A stretch of DNA of 57,576 nt, counting the filler, from Basidioascus undulatus (lineage: Eukaryota), in assembly GCA_000826855.1 (NCBI GenBank). It is 3 parts of 3 records of this genome, joined end to end, with 100 filler letters (N's around TTAATTAATTAA, not from the genome) between each part and the next. Parts side by side here need not be neighbours in the genome. Positions count along the whole stretch, not along the records: positions 38,458 to 57,576 come from JTLS01000434.1; 2 more parts are not named here. The stretch is one strand, 5' to 3'. A program made the position numbers and the translations under genes. Below are positions 49,691 to 57,576 of the stretch, piece by piece (within the stretch, counting starts at the first letter, position 1; the number at the start of each line of letters is the position of its first letter). The notes below the pieces were generated by a model. It was not told where the DNA came from and ran no database searches. It worked only from the letters and a program-made list of their open reading frames with translations.

Positions 49691-50001
49691 GTTCTTGCCT
49701 GAACGGTGAAGTCGTTGCTAAGGGCGGTGAACATACTGACAGCCAGGGAAGGGATGCAGGCGATTGACGCTCACTGCACCCCGAACTCAAGTATTGTGCA
49801 TGTGCAGACCTCGACCTCATGAATTTGCCAACTCGGACATACATTCCAGAATCCTGTATAGTAGAAACTTCCCCTTCTGTTCGCTCTTCCACCTCCCCCT
49901 CACCGCCATGGTCGTGAATGTCTATCTACAATAATACTACTTCGATACAGTTCCGAATGTGAGCACATCAAACCACAATCTGCCGACGCAGCTTTTCACA
50001 T

Positions 50002-51518
50002 TCACACCCTCTCCGCCCCGTTGTCACCTCCACCCTGGCCTGCACCCGGGAGGTTCTTCGGAGCCTGCTGCGACGGCGACCCGATGGCCGTCTCCTCGCT
50101 GTGCCGCTGCCGCTCAGCTGCGTTCCCCCGCAGTGCACGCCCAACGTTGGAAACACCGGGGATCCCCAGAGTGCGGCGCGGGCTCTCCTCGAGGATCTCG
50201 GACTCTTGCCCGGGGTTGATTTCCCTGTTTGGTGAGGTGTGTTGGTGAGGCGAGGGGAATGGATGTTGGGGAGGTGGTGGTGGGGGAGGGCGCACCAATA
50301 CTTCAGGCTCGTCAGGGACATGTAGATTGCCGTTGCAAGCAGCGAGCCGATCGTGGGGCCGACCCAGTAGATCCAGTGGTGGCCGGGGAAGCCTGGAAAT
50401 TTTCTGCGTCTCAATTTACTACCCGCAGCGTAAGACTGCAACGCCTCACCAGCGATGACCGATGGACCAAACGAGCGAATACTATTGACGCTTGGGCCGG
50501 TATAGGGTCCGCCTGGCGGGGCATGATCAATGAGTGACTTGGCTTGAGGTAAGGGAGAAATACAGAGTCCATGGCACTTACCAATGATGTGGATCACGAA
50601 GAGCGTCAGCCCGATCCCGACCGGCGCGAGGAACGACGACTTGTGTTTCTCAGCCGCGAGCATGAGCACCACCAGCACAAGGGCAGCGGTCATGAAAGCC
50701 TCCAGCCAGACGCCCTTCAAGGCACGAGTTAGTAGCTCTCAATGACAGAAGGCGCAAAGGGTGAGACGAACCTGCGCCAGCCCCGTACCGTACCCCAGCT
50801 TCGTGTTGAACTTGACAGGGCCGGGAATGAGGCCTTCCAGGAGCGCGGCGGCGACAATTCCGCCGATGATCTGAGGAAGAGGTAAGGATTGAGTTGTTTT
50901 TTGAAGGGACAAGTAGAGATGTCAAGGGTGAGCGGACTTGGGCGATGGTCATGAAGAGGAAACGAATGGGCGAGATGGCGCCGCAGAGCATGAGAGCCTG
51001 AAAGGGGAGCCAGGGCGTCAATGGAGAGTAGAAATGTAAAGTATAAGAATACAAACCAGGCCAATCTGAATGTTGAAGATGGAGCCCGTCACCTACCGCA
51101 GGTTTCTCGTCAGCGCCTGCAAACCGTGCAGATATTCAGTCACAGCCCACCCGGTAGAAGCACCAAGCAGTGACCTATCCCTCTCTCTGCATCAGCTATT
51201 CATCCCCAAGACTACCATTCCCTTGAAACATACCAGAAGCGACAGCCCCATCGCCGCCGCGAGGTTGATGAGCTGCCCCGGCGTGGGGACGCCGCCCGAG
51301 CCGGGCGGGTAGCCCTGCTCGGCCGCGCTCGAGTCCGCGGCTGCCTGGATCCCACCCAGGCCTAGGAAGAGGAACATGACTGTTCCAATGAACTGCATCC
51401 TCCCGAGTCAGCTTCCCTCTGCTCACTGCTATAGGGCTACGCCAGGAAGACGAACCTCGAACAAGGCCGCCTCGAGGTCGAGCTTGAACTTGCTCCAGTT
51501 CGAGATTGCGGGAGGCAT
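50002..51518 (-). CDS. aquaporin (MIP family) with non-canonical NPA boxes
   Basis: [82 protein letters not shown] and HWIYWVGP. Confidence 0.92.
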
Positions 51519-52466
51519 GATGCTTGATGTGCGTTGGAAAAGATATAGATTGCAGTTGTGCAGTGTAGTACCAGCGTATGAGAAGCGAGGTGTGACAGGC
51601 AACGCAGCGTAGACAGCGATGAAAAGCCGTTACAAAGGTTCGTCGTGCCAAGATGCGTTCAACTATGAAGAATCGCGAAGAAAGAAGGAGGTCAGGCACT
51701 GGTAGATCGCGCTTGTTTACGGCAATCGCAGAGTGGGGGCTTCGTTATCAAAGCTCTGCATCCTGGATGCGAGCTGCGAGTAATCCAATTTGGCTCAAGG
51801 TGCAAGGTGCCGGCTCCTGCACACCCTTGCGATACCGAGTGCGATACCGAGAGCTGGATAGCAGGACGCAGCGAAGGAAGACAGTGTTTGGGAGGTGCTG
51901 AAAGCATGTGAAAGTGTCCTGGATCAATGGGTTCCAGCGTAATCAGGCAGACGGAGCGTCAAGTGACGCCGCGGTGGTCGATGGCAGACGCTTATGTCCA
52001 AAGAGTTGTTTCGGATAGCTCGTGCCATTGAACACAATCTTTTTGGACTTCCCAGCTCTCCTTGTATAAAGTTATCCCGAGAAGTTTAGAGGAAGGATTG
52101 GAACTGCCGCGGCCTGATTGATGGAAGTGGTGAAGGGTGAAAGGCGGCTGCGCGCGGGCATGCCGTTGCAGCACCCGTTGTCTGACACTTTCAGAAGGCA
52201 ATTGTCGAAGAGCGCGAGGCATGCCTATGCGGCAAAGTCTGTGTTGTTTGTTGCTTGTCTGTAGCTTGCTCTAGGCCTGCTGTACGGCACAGGCGTCGCG
52301 TTTCGGCATGCATCCTGACGCTCGTGGCTGTCTCGGAGGCAATGCTTGTGAAGACCCAATAGGAAGGGAGAAAGATATACCGAACGAAAATGGGCGCGAA
52401 AGGCAACCAGTCAGATTCGAACCGAGGGTACTGCCACGACTTCGGCTAGAGTCGCGTTGAATCTTC

Positions 52467-53466
52467 TCACTCCTGCACAAATACGAAGGCCTGCAAATAA
52501 AGTAAGCTGTCTATACTGGAGAGCTACCATAAAGAAGCCTCTTACCAGCTCATTCACTACCACTTCCTTGTTTGACAAGCGAAAAGAATCCCGCGTTTTG
52601 CCAACGTCGCCGGTGTAGTACACAACATTACCGTAGGGGAGAATCTGTATACAATGCAATCGGTCAGCCATTCCATTCACCAAACATAGACTCACAGGGT
52701 ATTAGAAGATTTGGCTGCTCACAAGAGTAGGTTATTGAGGCTAGCGAGGGATTTCAAGCTGGCTGACGATTCACATCCATGAAGGTTGATCAATTGTTCA
52801 CGTAGAACTGACGGGTGGTGGATAGGATGTTTGTAAACATGTTCATCAAGACAGGAAAAAGGGACTGCAACTGGCAGATGTACCACGGTTGTCTCGATGT
52901 AGGCGTTGGTGGCCCAGGTTGCGGCGCTCCAGCGGGAGCTAGGGATGATCAAAAGAAAAACAGACCCCAACTGGATGTGTGGAGACCAATGTGACATGAG
53001 ACAATTGATTCCATATACGTTGAAGGGTGATGGTAACTTGCAACGAAGACACTGCGTGAGGCGATCTAACCCGAAAGGACATGGCCAAACTTACTAACTT
53101 GTACAGGCCAGGTCCGATATGACCGTAGAATCCCGCCCTGATAACCATGCGCGCGTTGATTCCCTATGCCTCACTATGTCAATTCTCCCCTCAAGGACAA
53201 AATATCTGAACGTCAGCCTGCAACTCATCTTGCGGCCAATCTCAATAGAGCCACCGTCCGACGAAGGGGTAAATGAATATTGGTCCGCTGCTGCCTTCGA
53301 GGTGGCTACATTGTTTGACTTAAGGTATCCGAGCTGAACGCCTTCTTTTCAGTAGATAAAAATTTAACCTGATACGTTGCACTTAAGGGCTCTGCCCCCG
53401 GACTGGCGAGAGCGCCAAGGGAGGATATCAACGAGAGGCGAGTATGGCTAGGAAGCGGGTGAGCAT
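52467..53466 (-). pseudogene. decayed small secreted protein gene
   Basis: Signal peptide MLTRFLAILA/SLISSLGALA is broken by a 1-nt frameshift and one donor reads ATGAGT. Exons LGYLKSN..., TPAGAP.../YIETTV, LREQLINLHG, VVYYTGDVGKTRDSF and AFVFVQE-TGA resemble a basidiomycete secreted beta-rich family. Confidence 0.45.
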
Positions 53467-53851
53467 CGTGCAGCAAGCGCTTGAGCGGTGTTGTTTGAAG
53501 GAGGGTGTTGAGGTGCTGTGTCGCGTGAAAGGTAAAGGGGCAAAAGTACCGGAGGACACTCGGTCTTAAGAGACACACAGGCGAGCGAGAGCTCGACGAG
53601 CCCAGAGAAGATGAAAGCAGCTGGCGCCTTCGCAAGACACCCGAAGGCGCTGCCTGCGGCTTGACCGACCGTCGAATTATGCCTGGCTTGGGCTGAATGC
53701 AGCCTCAGCTGTTTATACAAGTCTCCGGTACTTTTCCTGTATGCCGGGCCCTCGCTGAGCGCCCCACCTCTATCTTGTTCATTCAGCTTTCAGTCAGCCT
53801 GGGCAGTGACAGTCCCTATTCAATCCTGTCTCTTTTCACGGCAACGGCGAC

Positions 53852-53891
53852 GGAACCGTCTGTATCCATGTGGAACCGTCTGTATCCATGT
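53852..53891. repeat. perfect 20-bp tandem duplication GGAACCGTCTGTATCCATGT x2
   Basis: Copies at 53852-53871 and 53872-53891. Confidence 0.9.
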
Positions 53892-55267
53892 TTGGTATGC
53901 TAAACTTATATACCTCCCGCGTTGCGGAGCATCGATACTTGCTCTGCGTTACTCTTGACAGTGCGTCTCTGTCCGCCCGCAACGAACGTCGTTCTGATCA
54001 TTGATCACTCTTCCGCACTTTCTCTTTCCAGTCCAACCCCGGCTATCCGGAAATTGCAACCAAAAAAATTACATAGCTAAACTTTCCATTGCGGTGTCGT
54101 TCAAAGCTTTGCAAGCCGCAGTGTTGATGATGGTCACGTAGGACATGCGGAGCACATACGTGGAGCTGGTCCGAAGAGTCTTCGACTAGGAGGAGAATGT
54201 GGAGGGTGGTTGTGGGAAGTTACGTGGAGCCTTTGGACTGCAGGACGAGAGTCTGCGCGAAGTGTAAGGAAAGCGATGCAGGGAACAACGGAAGCCATAA
54301 GCTTGTCAACGCTGGAGGGCGTACGGCAAGCCCATAATGATTCCGTCGATGAGACGGGCAAGCCGGACAACAGCCATCTCCCATGTGGCAATTTGATAAC
54401 CAATGGTTTATATCACCCCTTCTTCCTGGGAGTACCTGTTTCCAGCGCACGCTCCCAACAGCCTCGCACAGTTCTGCAGGAGACGAGACGGCGACCAGAA
54501 GAGCGAAAGCTTCGGCAATAGCTGAAGATTGGAAAAAAATCTTAGTTTGTCAGTATGAGAGCATGTTCAAGATACTCGTGTTCTCTAGGCGGGTTTCGTA
54601 GCAGTCGCAGCGAACCCGGCGAACATACTCGAATGGACTGTCGTCGACAGCGCTCCAGTGATCCAGATTATCGCACCTTCATACTTGAGAACTTGCACTT
54701 GGCGGGGTACGGCAGTTGAACCGGCCCCAGCATTTTTAATGGTCTGTGTAACCGGACAGTCCACGTTGGCTTGCCGCGAGCGTCTCTTGAGATCTCATCC
54801 CTCATCCGCACTTCCTGCAAATGCCATGCTCGCTCGTCATCTAATTCCTCTCAGTAGTCCAATACACACGACGCAAGCCCACAAGTCATACAAACCCAGA
54901 CGCAGCCCAAGGAAAAATCTAAAAAAAATCTAAAAATTGGAAAGGTGTTTCCTGGGGAGAAAGACGCTTGGTGGGCGGCTTCCGCATCTCGATTCACGAG
55001 GCTGCACCCAGGGTGATGGCAGGTGCGCCAGTCCGAAAGGCTCCAGCATTTCAGAGCCATTTGGGCTTGTTTGTTGGGAAGGTGAGTGTTGTGGACTGTG
55101 TGGTGTGTACAAAGAAGCAGGTCAGTGGCGAAGCCTGGTTGTTTGTCGCCTGTGGAAAACCCCGACCGGCCATGAGCAGACGCGTCCGGATCGCGCGTAA
55201 AGTGGCGCGACACGACTTTGGTTCTCCCCCCTCCATCCATCCGGCTCTCCTTCTCCCTCTCACCTAG

Positions 55268-56384
<1,117 letters not shown>

Positions 56385-56927
56385 GGAGGGAGGGCGACGG
56401 GGACGCTGCTTCGTTGACTTCCCCCTTTCTCTTTGTGCTGTCTTCTATTGTTGCTCTGGACATTCGCGATATACCCGCTTTATTTGCATCTGCGGATTCG
56501 ACTGTCACCCTTGCCTTGAGCAGTCGTCGGCCGGGAACCGCTTGCTACAAACTGGCCACGGCCTGGCCATGACCCCCTCTCCTAGACGGACCGATCCTGG
56601 CGTCTTTTCACTCTATTTGGAATAACTTAGCCTTGCAGACGTGGATCCCATACGGAATACAAGTTGTGAACGCGCCGCAAGCGCGCCGGCGATTAAATGG
56701 CCCACGCGTTTGATGTTATTGTCACGCTTGATGCGACGCGCGCGTAGGTCCGTCCTTCAACCACGCGGGGCAGACATCCCCTCTCGCCTTCTCTCTTCGT
56801 TCATCTCAACGCCCATCGCAATCTCGACCAGGCCCAACCTCAAGACTCAAGACTCACAACGTATACTTACATCTTCTCTTCCATCGACACAGAAATCGAC
56901 ATTGACATCGACATCGACACAACGCCC

Positions 56928-57576
56928 ATGCCGCCCCGCCCCTCCAGCGCCGCCCCCTCAGCGGGCCCATCGAGCAGCCCGACACCCGCGTTCCTCGCCG
57001 AGTACGAGTCGGTCGAGATTATTGGCCAGGGGTCTTTCGGGAAGATCCGCAAAGTGCGCAGGAAGAAGGATGGCGTCGTGGGTTGCTCTCCTCTCTCCAG
57101 GGGAAGGGGTGGGTGGTGGCTGAGAGGGATGGTGGGGTGCGCGGGGAACAGATCTTTGCGAGGAAGGAACTCGACTTTGAGAAGATGGGCGATAAGGATC
57201 GGAAGCAGATTGTGGCGGAGGTGTAGGTCGTCATTTGGTTTCGTGGGGAGGCGGGAGAAGGGGAGGAAGGGATGCTGATGCGGGTGGGGGGGAAAGCAAC
57301 ATCCTCCGCGAGCTGTCGCATGCCAACATCGTCGCGTACCACGAGCGCGTGCGTCCCATCTCTGCTTACTGAGCATACTGGGGAGAGACCGGCTGATGGC
57401 GCGAGGATGGACAGCACGTCGACCGCGACGGCGGGATGCTCTACATCCTCATGGAGTTCTGCGGCGGCGGCGACTTGCAGTCCGTGATCAAGAACTGCCG
57501 ACGAACTGGGTGGGTCCCCCCTCCCCCCCTCCTTCCCAGCCGAGAGCGCATCCCGACCTCGCGATCCGAGCTCCTG
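56928..57576 (+). CDS. NIMA-related (NEK2/Kin3/Fin1-like) Ser/Thr protein kinase; 3' end runs off the window
   Basis: YESVEIIGQGSFGKIRKVRRKKDGV, IFARKELDFEKM...KQIVAEV, NILRELSHANIVAYHER and LYILMEFCGGGDL. Confidence 0.92.

Overview
Intron-rich fungal nuclear DNA, most likely from a basidiomycete (short introns with GTGCGT/GTGAGT donors and CTGAC/CTAAC branch sites, micro-exons, a CYP63-type P450). The window is three contigs joined by artificial 100-nt linkers (N44-TTAATTAATTAA-N44 at 19131-19230 and 38358-38457), so adjacency across those points is not biological. Contig 1: Prm10/ThrE-family membrane protein, SnoaL-like small protein, Ap4A phosphorylase, decayed NmrA-like gene, MFS monocarboxylate transporter, two hypothetical genes and a membrane GT2 glycosyltransferase. 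Contig 2: a long decayed gene, a hypothetical gene, cytochrome P450, tRNA-Asn, aldehyde dehydrogenase and chitin synthase. Contig 3: tRNA-Cys, omega-like GST, GH27 alpha-galactosidase, a disabled Cys-rich secreted gene with a dibasic repeat tail, a glyoxalase/VOC protein, aquaporin, thymidylate synthase and a NIMA-family kinase. The most striking item is an intronless ~1.1 kb island (about 48810-49900) encoding a TFIIS/Rpa12/Rpc11-type catalytic zinc ribbon (CEYC...QARSADEP...CTAC) in a non-host architecture, possibly a remnant of a virus- or plasmid-like element. Also notable: an aquaporin with both NPA motifs replaced (NIQ/NSI), at least five GC-AG introns, one apparent U2-type AT-AC intron and about five pseudogenes. 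Gene models were spliced by eye and no database searches were run.
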